Shown: in pieces, positions 1-12,343 of the stretch
How positions within the stretch are numbered: the stretch's first letter is position 1
Layout: the number at the start of each line of letters is the position of its first letter
Position numbers and translations under genes: made by a program
The notes under the pieces: model-generated
What the model was told of the DNA's origin: nothing
Databases searched by the model: none
The model's input: only the letters and a program-made list of their open reading frames with translations
Assembly (NCBI GenBank): GCA_043381765.1
Contig: JBHJMP010000530.1
Coordinates: 1-49,493, forward strand
DNA from: Collodictyon triciliatum
Lineage: Eukaryota
Length of the DNA: 49,493 bases
Direction of reading: 5' to 3'

Positions 1-62
1 GTTTTTTTCTTTGTTTTTTTGTTTTTTGTTTTTTGTTTTTTGTTTTTTGTTTTTTGTTTTTT
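1..62 (+). repeat. (TTTTTTG)n-like low-complexity tract
   Basis: Seen directly. Confidence 0.85.
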
Positions 63-139
63 GAAAGACCACAATTCATCCAAATAGAGTATGATTTAAA
101 TATAATTATAACTGGAAAATAAAAGCCACATAATTTTAC

Positions 140-178
140 CTGCTAAATCGTGATGAAGAGCATATGTGTGATAAAACT
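140..178 (-). CDS. Possible small exon of a gene divergent from USP40
   Basis: On the minus strand, a 39-nt segment flanked by TGTAG and GTAAAA has an open frame (FYHTYALHHDLA). No family recognised. Confidence 0.25.
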
Positions 179-426
179 CTACATTGATATCATAAATATT
201 ACAAAAAAAGGTAGCCGTGTCTCGCCTTGTGCCTTCCTCGTCCCTTCCTTCATGGATCCGGCGAGTCAGATCCACTTGTTTGAGATTCGCGGCAAGGGTG
301 ACTCACCCACCGCGCAGAAAGAGTGCGTCCGATTGTTGCCTTCTGCTTCAGAAACGCCCAAGTTCCAAACAAACCCGGACGACAACACAACACATAGAAG
401 TTAACACCAGCAAAAGGCCGAGCGCA

Positions 427-3400
427 ATGTTTTCCGGGCTCTTCGACGAGTTTGAGGATGTTGCCGACTTCCAAACCCCCGCCAGCACCGGAGAAAAGTA
501 AGTATTCTGGATCGGTTCTGCAAACATCCCTTCCGTCTCTTCGAAAAGACTCTAGAGGGAGAGATAGAGAGATTCCAGATCCTGCAACCTTTTTGAGATG
601 GGCCTGTTGACTCTTGCGGGCCACTCTAATCTGTTCTCCCTGCTCTGCATGGCTCTTAGAAATAGGGCGACACAAACTTATGTACCTGAGGAAGGACGAT
701 CCTCATGCGGCTTTGCTGGGCTGGATAATCAGTGAGTTTTGCTTCTTTCTTTGTTGCTCCCTTCCATCTTTGCACAAAAAAAGCCCGGATACGCTCAGCT
801 ACTCCATCTGGGTCACTCCGTCTAGCAGCTGGCAATCATTATCTCCTGCCACATGCCTCAATGGCCAAATCAGCCCCACCTTACTCGTTACATTATGAGA
901 CCGTGAATGCTTACCTGGTGACTCACAAAATGTACCATGACAAAATAAAATGAAAGAGGAGCCACTTGCTACTTGAACAGCCTAATCCAAACACTCTTCA
1001 TGACTCCGGAAGTCCGACACGAAGTGCTCCGCTTTGTATTTGAGTCACGGTATTGTAAACATGAAACGAAAACTCTTCTCTTCGCAAAAAAAAAATAATA
1101 AATAAATAAATAAAAAAATAAAAATAAAAATATCAAGAGAAATTTGCGTGTCCCTATTGTAAAGATTCTTTTGAAACAAAACCATTACCACACCCGACTT
1201 GTTGAAATCGCTCCAACAAGGTCCCGCAAGTGGATTCCTCTTCGGCTCCAACGTCTCTTTTGTGATCTTCTCGCAACAAACAAGTAAATTGACGAATAAA
1301 TATACACGTGCCCAGAATGAATCTCACACTACCGTTATATATATTTCAAATATCTCATTCAATCATCCTCTCTCCATTTTTAAAAACGTCACCTGAAAAC
1401 AAAAGTTTGTGTTAATAACGCCTTTGTCGTATCTTTTTTTTTTTTACTTACCTTTAGTTTGTTCCTATGATATGAGATTACCAAGGCTGGGTATTTACTC
1501 TTTACTTTCTTGAAATCACTTTTTGTATAACATTTCAAAACAGGCGATCTGTCAGCACCATGGACCTCACTAAAAGCTTCGGCTGGCAACACCATGACGC
1601 AAGAGTTCAGCATGACGTGCACGAATTTATTCGGTAGATATTTCCCAAACAACTTTATCATCGAAAAGAAAGATAAAAAATGGACGATAATTTAAAATCC
1701 CTTTCATACATAATTTTGGCATATTTCGATGTATTCAAATAAATTTTGTTATAAATCCATGAATGATGATGAATGCCCACGTTTTCTTATTTACAAACGT
1801 GTGTCAGTGTGCTCATGGATTATTTGGAGCAATCGCTAGAGGGAACGCCGTACGCTGGTCGTATCGAGGGTCTATTTCGAGGAATCCAATCGAATTATAT
1901 TGTGTGTTCCTCCTGTGGATGTATGTAACTTCTCCATAATATATCTACCAAGGTCAAGCACCTATTAAGATAACACACCCCACTAAACTAAAATATCTAG
2001 ACCGCAGCGAGCGTGAGGAAGTCTTCCTTGATTTTCAAATTCAAGTCCGAGGACTCAACAGCCTAGAAGCTGGGATAGAAAAGTATCTTGAAGTAGAAAT
2101 TTTGGACGGGGACAACAAGTAATTGCAAATCTCGCTATATCTTGAAATTTGACCGGGTTCATCAAGTTACTCATATCCATTTGCAACTACAAAGATATTC
2201 TTGTGATGGATGCCAAAGCAAGGTTCGTGCATCAAAAGGCATTCGTATTCAAAAGCTCCCCACTATCCTGGCTGTGTCGATGATGCGCTTTGAATATGAT
2301 TGGCAAAGGGTGTGACTTCAATTCGCTTGCAATTAATTTATGATTCTTTAATGCATTTGTCTTATTCACACACTTGAGCTCTTTTTTGTCCCTTTTTTCT
2401 TTTTCAATTCTGCTCATGACGTTGTTTCTGTATCATATTTTATCACCTAGGATTGTCGAATGAAGCTAGACCATGTCTGCAGTTTCCCAGATACCTTGGA
2501 TATGTCCAAATATGTTACAGAAATTCCGGCAGAGGACGCATTATACGAGCTCTACTCTGTGGTGATTCACTTGGGTGGTGCGTACGGGGGCCATTATCAT
2601 GCATACATAAGGGACATTTACCAAAGCCAAGCAGCTTCGAACGAGGAGGGTCAAACGACATCAGCTTGGTTTGACTTTGATGACTCCAGAGTGTCCTCCA
2701 TCCAACCCTCTCGAATCACTGGGCAGTTTGGTGGCAAATCAGAGTGTGCCTGTAAGTAACTGTAGCTATGTTATAAATGAAATATATCACGGTTTCATTC
2801 AATAGAATTCTCAAAATGTTTTAACCTTTACAAACGGCATGTAGCATTATTTCTCATATATCCAAGATTGAATAACCTTTTCCTGTCTTCCTATCTTCCC
2901 CTTCATATCTTTCAAAGACATGCTTTTTTACCGCAAAAAAACCGCCCATCCTCCGGAGCGATCAACTGTTGATGCCTCTTCCATACCGGATACCATCATG
3001 CGTGAAATTCAAGAAGAAAATGAATCTTACGTTAAGAAGAAAGTTGAAGCCGAAGTAAAGGCGAATAGTATCAATATAATAGTGATGCTTCCTTATCACT
3101 TGAGGATGGAAAATGGAGGAGAAGACCTTGTCGGAGCAGCTCCACAGCCATTTTTTTCCTTGGTCAACAAAGAGGACAAGAATTCATCAGAAAATGGAAT
3201 TTCACTGCAAGTAGACAAGCGTTGGACAATCGAGGAACTTAAAGCATTCCTCATATCTCACGAAATCGACTTTGATCCGGGTTTGTAAATATCCTGCATC
3301 AATTACATAGCCAAATCATCTGCATTAAGCGCGCAATAGATAAAAGATAAAGTATTTGTAAATTTTAGTTCGCCTTACACTCGAAAGTCTCACATATTGT

Positions 3401-6400
3401 AGTTATATTTCTTTTTTTTTTCTCTATTAAAAATGCATATCTCTATAAAAACTAGCCCATCGGTTTGATGAAATTCGTGTGCAAGCTCATCGAGTCAAAT
3501 TGATGCCTCTTGAATATTCTGAATCAAGCACACTTGTAACTGCACGGTTCTACAATTTGATGCGTGTGATAATATGGAATGGAGATTCTATTCAGGACCA
3601 GCCGATGTCTGCCAAGGGAGATTTACTAAAAATTTCTGGAGTTCATTTCATAGACGAGACAACTACAACTAATTTTGTGGTCGAGGTTCATGAATACGAG
3701 TTATCCAATACACTTTGTTCAAAATTGACTGACATCTGCCTCATACCTTCAGATGAGTTGATAGTGTGGGTGGTAAGTCTAGCATTTTTTTTTTTTTACA
3801 TAATTATGCTAATTTTTCATATAAACTATAAATTTCATGGAGACGACTTTTAACATGGACATTTAAAAACAAAATAAATGAAAAATCATGGTTTCAAGTG
3901 CTCAATTATTATTCCACATGACTACGTTTTTCATTATCCATTAAAATAATCTAAACCATGTATTCGACAGATGAATGGAGTAGGTTTGACAAAGTTGAAC
4001 AGAACCGGAAACCTCATTGAGAATGGAATCAACTCATCAGTAAAAATTGGTGTCGAGAGAAAGACTACTGAGCAGGCAAGATTTGATAATATACTTTATG
4101 ATATTCACTTTAAAGAAACTGCAATTTTTTTTTTTGTGACTTAAATTTCCAAGTCTTGTTTCTCAGTTTTTTTTCTTTTACCTCTCGTATCAAAAGATGC
4201 TGCTATTCTGTAAAACTCCTAGCTAATGTAAAATAAATAAATATTGAAACGATTCAGAAACCAGCTCTCGCAGTAGCATACCAAATATCATCCTCCCAGA
4301 ACATGGAAGTTTTCATCACCGTATCCCAAGAAGATTATCTTACCCATGTAGGAGAGAAGAATAGAACATTTGTATTGAACGAAACCACAAATTTATACGA
4401 GCGCGCCATACCAGTGTCAAGACATAGTTCCTTAGGAACATTAAAGAGCTCAATAATGGAATTTTTACCACCAGGGTTTCAACTTAAAAGACTTCTTTTG
4501 AGAAGGTTGCCACTATTTTTTTCTTCTGAAGTGTCTCATGAATCAGATGTATTCCTTTAGAAAATGAAATAGTCATTATTGGATTAATTTGAAATTTTCA
4601 AAAACATATCAATTTTAAAGAACAGGTAGAACAATCGTCCTCTTTCTTTACAACAAACTTGGCTACATTTTAGAACTCTTCCTGGGAACGGTGTTGGAGA
4701 TGCCCTGCTAAAAGATGAACAGCTCTTGAAGAACTTGGGAATTTACGAAAATGACTGTCTCCGTCTAGAATTCCTGGAAAAGCCAGTTTCATCTTTCTCT
4801 GTTCGCTTCCAGTTTATACCGTCAGGGAAAGATTTTTCATCTGCTTCTGAAGATGATGTATATGTTCTTCCCGTGGAGCCTTCGTGGACATTGTCTAAAT
4901 GGTTTTTGAATATATGATTTCTTTTGTAAAACAACTAATAATAATCATAATAAAAAACACGCATTGCCCCTCAAAGTTCATCATAATACATACAAGCCAT
5001 ATGCACCACCAAGGAAAGATAAAATCAAAACAAAGTTAAATATATTACGGCTTAAATCATATGCAAGAACTAGAATGATTATAAATATTATATACGAATG
5101 ATTGACCATGCTTTATCTTTGAAAATTCCAACCTTTTTTTTTTAAAAAAAATCTCGCAAATTTGTTCGGAAATAATTAAGTAAGGAGCTCATGGCTGAAA
5201 TCGTGGCTCGCCCAGCCGAAAACCTGAGGATTCGGGAGTCTGATACATGGGAACATCCTGCTCGAATACTTTCGGTAACTTTCAAAAAATACCATCAAAA
5301 CATCTTATTATTTTGACATAATAGACATATACATTTCCATATTATTGCATTTAATTGTTTCAAGTCTCTCTTTTCTTTTCTTTTCTTTTTTGTTATTTTT
5401 TGTTCTGAAAACCTCATGAAATGTAGAATGAACAAGAAACAATTAATGGAGAGCACATACAAAACGGAGACCTTCTATTTCTTGAAGAAGGAAAGGTACC
5501 ATTTTTTTAACTCTTTTATTCATAATACCTAATTATCAGTTGTAATTAGAATGAATACTGCCAAAGGTTCCGCCAAAGGGTCAGATATCGATACATGTTA
5601 TGGTTGACCAGTTCATCAAGACCTCGAGTGGGGTGCTGCCCACAACAGAAGTAAGCCCATCTATCTCATTTTTTTATTTGTCTTCATACACGAAACTCTT
5701 TCAATATTGCCAAAGATGTTTTGAACCAATCAAAAGCACGAAAATGGCAAGATAAGTTTTAAACCCATGAGATTATTTATTTGTATTTCTTATGACACAC
5801 CATCTCCATCCCAAACCGGTCATAATACCATACATTTCATAGAATCATAGTTGAATATTTGAATGTGCCTCAGTTGATGGGCATATGTTTCCTTATTTTA
5901 GGCTTACGAGCCTTTTGTCCATGCTTTCCAAGTAACCAAGCCTTTGTCTTTGTTCAAAATGGATGTAATGTCCTCTTTGACCTTAAACGAATTCAAAGAC
6001 CAGCTTTGTCAGATCGAATTATTCAGCGGCAAGGTAGTACTGATGTCTTTCTTTTTCTTTTTCCTTTTCTTTTTTAAAAGAATAACAAAAAAAAATAATA
6101 AATCGAAATAAATTTCATGCCCTTTTCATATCCTGTACTCTTCTAATGCTTCCACTTCGCCCTCATCAATGCGGAATATAGGGGTATGCTCCATCTAAGC
6201 TCAGAATCTGGGATGGTGGAAGATTTGTCCGCTTCGGTTCCAAAACACTGAAGCAAAACAATATAACCGATGGAAGAACAGTTACCGTGCAAATATCCTT
6301 CATCTTTTTTTTTTAATAGAACATTCACCAATTTTTTAAACAAGAAAATATCAAGAAACACAATTACACGTATTCCTCTTGATTGAATCACCATCGATTA

Positions 6401-7545
6401 TCGATTAATTCAACGTTTTCGCTATATTTCGTATATTTTCATAACTTTTATATGAACATCTTGGACAAGGAGGATGGTGAAGTCCCCATTAGTGCAATAG
6501 TGCTTCAGGTGCACCGACGTTACAGAAACTTAGAGGGGAACTTTGTTCTGGGAGAGCCTTTTGAGGTCGTCATTGACAATGATGGCCAGCATATACCGCC
6601 GAGCCTTCTGGAGACAACACTACAAAATCTTTCGCCCAGTGGCGACCCCACATCTGCTTCCATTCGAATCGCAAAGTACGTTCCTACCACCGGCCACTGG
6701 ACTGTGTTGGGAGACACCTCGATGAAGGCAGCCATTTCTAAGCTGGAGGCCAAAGAAAGAGAAGACATCGGCCAGTCCACAGCAAACAACAACACCACCA
6801 CTGAAGCAAAAGTTGCAGAAATGGCGTCACAAAGTTTTACACCACCTACAAACACTTCCCAGGAAAATCAAACATCCGCTGCCGGAGTAACGAAAAGTGT
6901 AGATGAAGAGGCTGGGCTAGCGAATGCAAACAGGAAAGAATTGCAACCGAGCCCGGATGACTCCATTCCCGAACGCTTATCACCAGAACCGCCGTTTGTT
7001 GCTGGTGGCCTGAAGGAGGAGCTATCGGCCGTGGGTGAGACTCACACCACAGCGACCACCATTGTGGAGGCAGCACAGAAAAACTCCCAGCCAGCACAAA
7101 CCGAGAGCGAAGGCGACAATCTGCACAACCCGCCAGCCCCACCGCCACCCGTAAGCTTGTCCCTGAAACTTCCAAGATTATTGGCGTATGTGGTACGGGG
7201 CTGTCCGTCTTTGCTCTGCGTTCTTGTTGCCTTTTTGTATGCTGGTTGTTTGCCCCGTCCCATCACCCGGCTCTTTTTTTATTTTTATTTTATTTTTTTA
7301 TTTTATTAATGCGTATGTGCTTTTCTTGGCTGCGAATCTTGACACCTGTAACTTTACATGTGACTTTTTACGCACGGGACTCAGGCGCCTCCGGCTCCGA
7401 GGAGCGCCAAGGGACAGGGGCAGGCCAAGAGTGGAAAGGCCATCCAGAACATCCGCGGACACCCGTTCTTTCTCAAGGACGGAGGTAAGAACATTTGTGA
7501 TTGAGCGAGTCGGTTATATGGATGTGCACGCATGTGTGTGTGTGT

Positions 7546-7623
<78 letters not shown>

Positions 7624-8032
7624 TTGTGATTGTGATTGTGATTGTGATTGTGATTGTGATTATGATTGTGATTGTGATTGTGAAGGTTGTGAGCACGCAC
7701 TGACGAGCCCGCGTGTTTTTTCTGCGCGGGACACAGACACAATCTGCTTCCTGTACGAGGCGGAAGACCCAGACGACAAGGACGACTTCGACGGTCTGCT
7801 GAAGCGGCCGCGTGCAACGCGCTGGGTGAGCGAGTCGGGCGGACTTGCGGCGCCGTGGAAGGGCAAAGGCCGCAGCAGCCGGACGCAGGAGGTGGGCGTG
7901 CGCATGCGGCTGCTGGACGCAGAGGACCTGGACGAAGAGACGCAGCGCTTGCTTCTGGATGCGTGCGCAGGCAACTCCGACAACCCGCGCGCCGACGACA
8001 TGAATCTGCTCTTTGACGCGTACTTTATGTGA
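427..8032 (+). CDS. USP40: Ubiquitin-specific protease, USP40-like (multi-exon)
   Basis: Spliced translation starts MFSGLFDEFED (exon 427-498). Cys box GLDNQ|GATCYLNSLIQTLFMTPE (Cys codon 967-969), IPLRLQRLF, SFGW..QHDVHEF, CSSC/CDGC zinc ribbon, His box IHLGGAYGGHYHAYIRD, WFDFDD, ECA|YMLFYRK. C-terminus PFFLKDG|DTICF...DDKDDF, stop 8030-8032. The N-terminus, His box and C-terminal motif resemble recalled USP40. Confidence 0.88.
6293..6457 (+). other. U12-type AT-AC intron in the USP40-like gene
   Basis: 5' end ATATCCTT (6293-6300), branch-like TTTCATAAC (6437-6445), AC at 6456-6457. Removal joins TVQ|ILDKEDGE in frame. Confidence 0.8.
7534..7683 (+). repeat. Compound microsatellite (GT)n + (GATTGT)n in the last USP40 intron (7485-7736)
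   Basis: Seen directly. Confidence 0.95.
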
Positions 8033-8119
8033 CAGCCACGCAACGTCCGGAATAAAAGCAGCCGAGCGACAACAGACAAAAAACCACACACAACAACAGA
8101 CAGAGTCAGACACCGTGCG

Positions 8120-11100
8120 ATGGAACCAGCTGCACTCGCCCTGCGCCGGCCCACGCCGCACACGCCCGTCCGCCCGCTCCCAAACATCGGCCCGCCGCAC
8201 GATCGCCCGCCAAACGCATATGCAGGCGACGATGGAGATGAAGAAGACGACGACGACGACATCCCCGTTGTGCGCCTGCACCAAATCGCCTGCTGGCCGG
8301 ACGCTGACGCAAACGAAGACGCAAACACAAACACAAACACAAATGCAAACGCAAATGCAAACGAAGAAGAAGCCGCAAACGCAGACAGCGAAACAGAGGA
8401 GCAGGCGGCCATGGCAAGCAGGCGCCTCACCTTTCTCCTGCGGGCCGGTGCAGACGAAGGCATGGACGAGGATGACACGCAGCCTGCCCCAAACACCATG
8501 TCGTTCCACTCATACCAGGAAAGGCAGGCCTCCCGAAGAAACTCCTCGTCCTCCGCCCACCGCAGAAGGCCCGCCCCAAACGCAGCTCCGGTGGACGGGG
8601 TCATCTCCGTCATCAGGCTTCCGAGGCCGCTCCAGAGGCTCTTTTGGGTCACGTGGTCTCTCCAGATCTTTCTGCAGGGCTTCGTCTGGTTTGTTGCCTC
8701 CCCGAGCCACTCCCGCGTCGCCTCGTACTACGGCGCCACGGCTCTCGAGGTCGATTTGTTCAGCATACTCCACCCGCTCGCGTACTTTTTGGTCTTGCCC
8801 ATCGGCACACTCGGCATCACCCATGGGTCCTTGGACGGAACGGTACCCACCCGAACGCCTTTTCCAGTTCTCCTCCTCCACGTTTCGCTCCATAACCACC
8901 GCATTCCTCCAAAATCTTTTGACTGTGCTCCACCACCCTTTGAAACCCCCTCTCTTTATCCACAACCTTACATCCACACAATCATACATCCACTATATAT
9001 GTATGCCCTGCCTTTGAACGTCATGCTTAAAATGTTACAAACAGTTCACTGTGTCCATGATCGGTCACCTTGTTTGCACCGTCATACACCTACTCTTTGG
9101 CGACTCCAGAGATGGGTTTTGGGTCACCTTTACCGCACAGGCCATCAGTGCAGTTTGTTCAGTCTTTACTTTCGATGGACACATGAAGGCAGCATCCTTG
9201 GTGCATTCATCATTTTATTTCCCACGCTCTCTCCCCTTGTTCGTTTTTTCTTTCTTAAATGAATTGCGTGTATGTTTAATCCCGCAATCGTAGATTTTTT
9301 CACGTTTCTCATGAAATATCTGTCTATGATGAAAATTTTGTTATCTATCTCGCGCGCCAATAGAAAACTTTCCGTGTTTTGGCTTATCAAAATTCCTCTC
9401 CCTACTTAGTGGCTGGGCAATGACCGCTATTCCACAGTCGCATCTTCTGCTTCGTTTATTTTCTTATTAGCGGGTGTTGCAACATCTTTCGTATTATCCT
9501 ATGCCTTGACCCATAATGAGAGCAACTTTAAGCTCTGGTTCACTACCCAGCTTATTGTGGTTGGGGGGCTGTCCTTGCTTTCTGTGTTGCTCCTTATGCA
9601 TCGTCGTGTCAATAAATTCATGATGGAGAGTACATGGTAATAAAAAAAATATTATCCTTTATTCAAATTCATTTGATTGACTTGTATAATTATTTTGACC
9701 AGGCCTTTTTTTTTTTTTGCGGCAGATTTCTGAGATATGATTAACAATGCGATGCATAGGAGAAAAGACTACAACAGACAGGGCTACGCCAGCCTTTTAA
9801 AACAAAGGAATCATATTACCGGGTCCATTTTGTTTTCAATTTCTTTCTCGGTTGTCTTCTCGTTCTTAATCTTGTTGGAGCAAATTTCAGTGAGCCAAGG
9901 TTATGAACATGTATGTTTTCCCTCCGGTTTTCTTTGTGTCACTTTTGCATCGAAGCTAAACATCGCACGCCCAAGGCATGCAACTCCTGGTATCCGCATT
10001 ATTTTGACCGCGATTGTACTGGCTAGGATAAAGTATGGATTCTTGGGGTTGTATTTTGTGGAGGAGGATGCATCTCTGCAGCCTTTTTGGGTTCTGTAAT
10101 GTCGCATCGCAAGTTTATGAAGTGGACATGCTTTATTTGTCTGCTCGGGTTCAGGTTCTCTTTAATTAAATGGTTGATTCTATCCGTTATTTTTATCATT
10201 TTTATCATTATTTGGAAAAAGAAAGCGTCCAACTGTTCAATATAATTCGTGGAATAATCCCTTGAGTCCTCTTCATGCGTGCCTATTGCATGGAATCGAA
10301 ACCACACTCCGTCCTACTGTGTGCACGTCACTGAAAACAAATCTGCTTCGTTTAACAACACATGCATTTTCAATAAAGCGGCACCATTTTGTGGTTCAAT
10401 TTGGTTGTGTCGTCTGCATCCTCTATCCATCTGCAAGTGTGTGTCGGCCTTCTGGGACTCTTTAGCGTGCCATGCCTATCATTTCTCCAGGTAATTGCCA
10501 TATTCTTCCTTCCTTCTCCTGTGCTTTGGTACATGGACGTCACCGACAATCTCTTGTCACCTCTTTGCTATTCACAATAGTATTTCCCTCTTCCCTATGT
10601 GTCGGTGTCAATAGCATATGTGTCTTTTGTTCTTTGCCATGCACGATAACTTTACTTTCTTTTTATTCTCTTGCCTTCATTCTAACATTTGTTGTTACAA
10701 AGAAAACAAAGACCTCTGCGATTCAAAGCACCATACAGCTAAAAAGAAAAGAAAAGAAAAGAAAAGAAAAGAAAAGAAAAGAAAAGAAAAGAAAAGAAAA
10801 GAAAAGAAAAGAAAAGAAAAGAAAAGAAAAGAAAAGGAAAGGAAAAGAAAAGAAAAGGAAAATAAAATAAAATAAACGAAAAAAAGGAAAAGAAAAGAAA
10901 ACCATTACCCATAGACAGAGATTTTAATAAATGAAATGAATAATTTTTAGAGAAAAAATGAGTAATATCACAGTCTGAACACCGCCGACCATGTAGGTAT
11001 ATCAGTTCGAGTCACGAGGCCGCTTAAGTGAAAGGCTAGTGGTGACGTTTGTATGGGGCCTGAACGCTGCGCTGACATGCGGAATCGTCCTTGTCTTCCA

Positions 11101-11751
11101 CATTGTGCGAGGCTTCTACGAAAGCGACGAGGCAAGCCAAATAATTGTATGGGTTATATTTGGACTCGTGACCTTGTCGGTCCCGTTATCATGTACAATG
11201 CAGTCCAACGTGTCGCTGCGTCCGGTCGTCTCGTCGCGGCGAATGGAGACAAGTGAGTTACCCGCCTCTGTGCGTTAAGCAGCCAGGCTCTGATTCGTCT
11301 CAGAGGAGAGGCGCTTGTTGCAGTGCGTGCCTTGCATCCCTGACACAGCGCAGACACATAACAGACACACCTCAAACACACCGCTAACTCTCTCGCAGTG
11401 TCGAGCCAGGAAATCTCGTCGGAGCACATCCGGCGCACCCTGTCCAGGACATCGAGCAACCACCACGAGTACTTTGCGGCCGGACAATGGGCGTCTGCAA
11501 CCACACCTGCAACCACACCTGCAACCACACCCGCACCTGCACCGCAGACGCCGCGCCGTGTGAATCCGCTGCTGCTGCAGCCATCCCAGCCATCCCAGCC
11601 ATCCCAGCCATCCCAGTCAGGCACGCGCCCGACACCCGCAACAGAGACTCCGCGCCTCGATGCCGACCCGCCTGCGCAGCCACGCCGTGCAAACCCGATT
11701 CTGCAGCCGCCCGCCCCGCCCGTGCTGGTGGGCTCGCGCTTCGACTTCTGA
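8120..11751 (+). CDS. MFS transporter, FLVCR/SLC49-like (multi-exon)
   Basis: Spliced product contains LQGFVW..SYYGATALEVDLFSILHPLAY, FWVTFTAQAISAVCSVF, AASL|WLGNDRYST and LLGLFSVPCLSFLQ|VYQFESRGRLSE, colinear with recalled FLVCR1 motifs (NAFQW, FWVTMLGQ, IASVWFG, EITYPESE). Many hydrophobic segments, disordered acidic N-tail and Pro-rich C-tail. Approximate exons: 8120-8842, 9044-9199, 9410-9636, 9760-9898, 10027-10148, 10379-10490, 10997-11252, 11399-11751. Confidence 0.72.
10741..10860 (+). repeat. (GAAAA)n intronic microsatellite
   Basis: Seen directly. Confidence 0.95.
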
Positions 11752-12343
11752 CGTGCCATAAAGCAATGTGCACCCTCCACACGCTCATGGCCCAGGCCAC
11801 ACCCGCGCCCTTCAAAGAATCCCGTGTGTGTGTGTGCTAGAGAGACATGGAAGGGGTTGAAGAGCCGCCCGCACACACGGGGACTCACGGAACCGCCCAT
11901 AGCGCCCGCTCCTTGTGGGCGAATCCGCGTTGCACACGCCCGGTGGAGCAACGAGTAATGGACGGGGGCAACAAGGAACAGAAGATTCGATGCTGCTGCT
12001 CGTTCCTGCTCCGTATATACCAGACCCGCCCATATAAATACCCATCGGATGGATGGCGCGCCGGCTGTCGGGGATTATATTGGCCGGACCTGCGCAGCAG
12101 CACATCTAAACGGAACACCAGCGCTCCTGAAGGCACATCTCGAGACACTCAAGCATTGCAGATACAGCGCCCGTGGGACGGCTGGCGGTATTGACTGGCT
12201 GGCGATGTTAGCCTCGGTCGATGTCTTATCTGGCTGCTTTCCCTCCGCCCTTCCTCCGCCCTTTCTCACCCCGTATTCCGTATTCCGGCCCTGTTCTGAC
12301 GGCGGACCGTCCCCTGTAGGCAACCGCAGCGACACAACCGGCC

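Noticed and set aside
1-62. T/G tract as a telomere
   Set aside because: Irregular units, and similar tracts occur internally (19333-19418).
7514-9017. Long overlapping ORFs on both strands
   Set aside because: Shadow frames of GC-rich, low-complexity coding and microsatellite sequence.
11847-12194. 115-aa ORF upstream of the kinase as a gene or extra exon
   Set aside because: No recognisable motif, and the candidate donor near 12188 does not join it in frame to the kinase.
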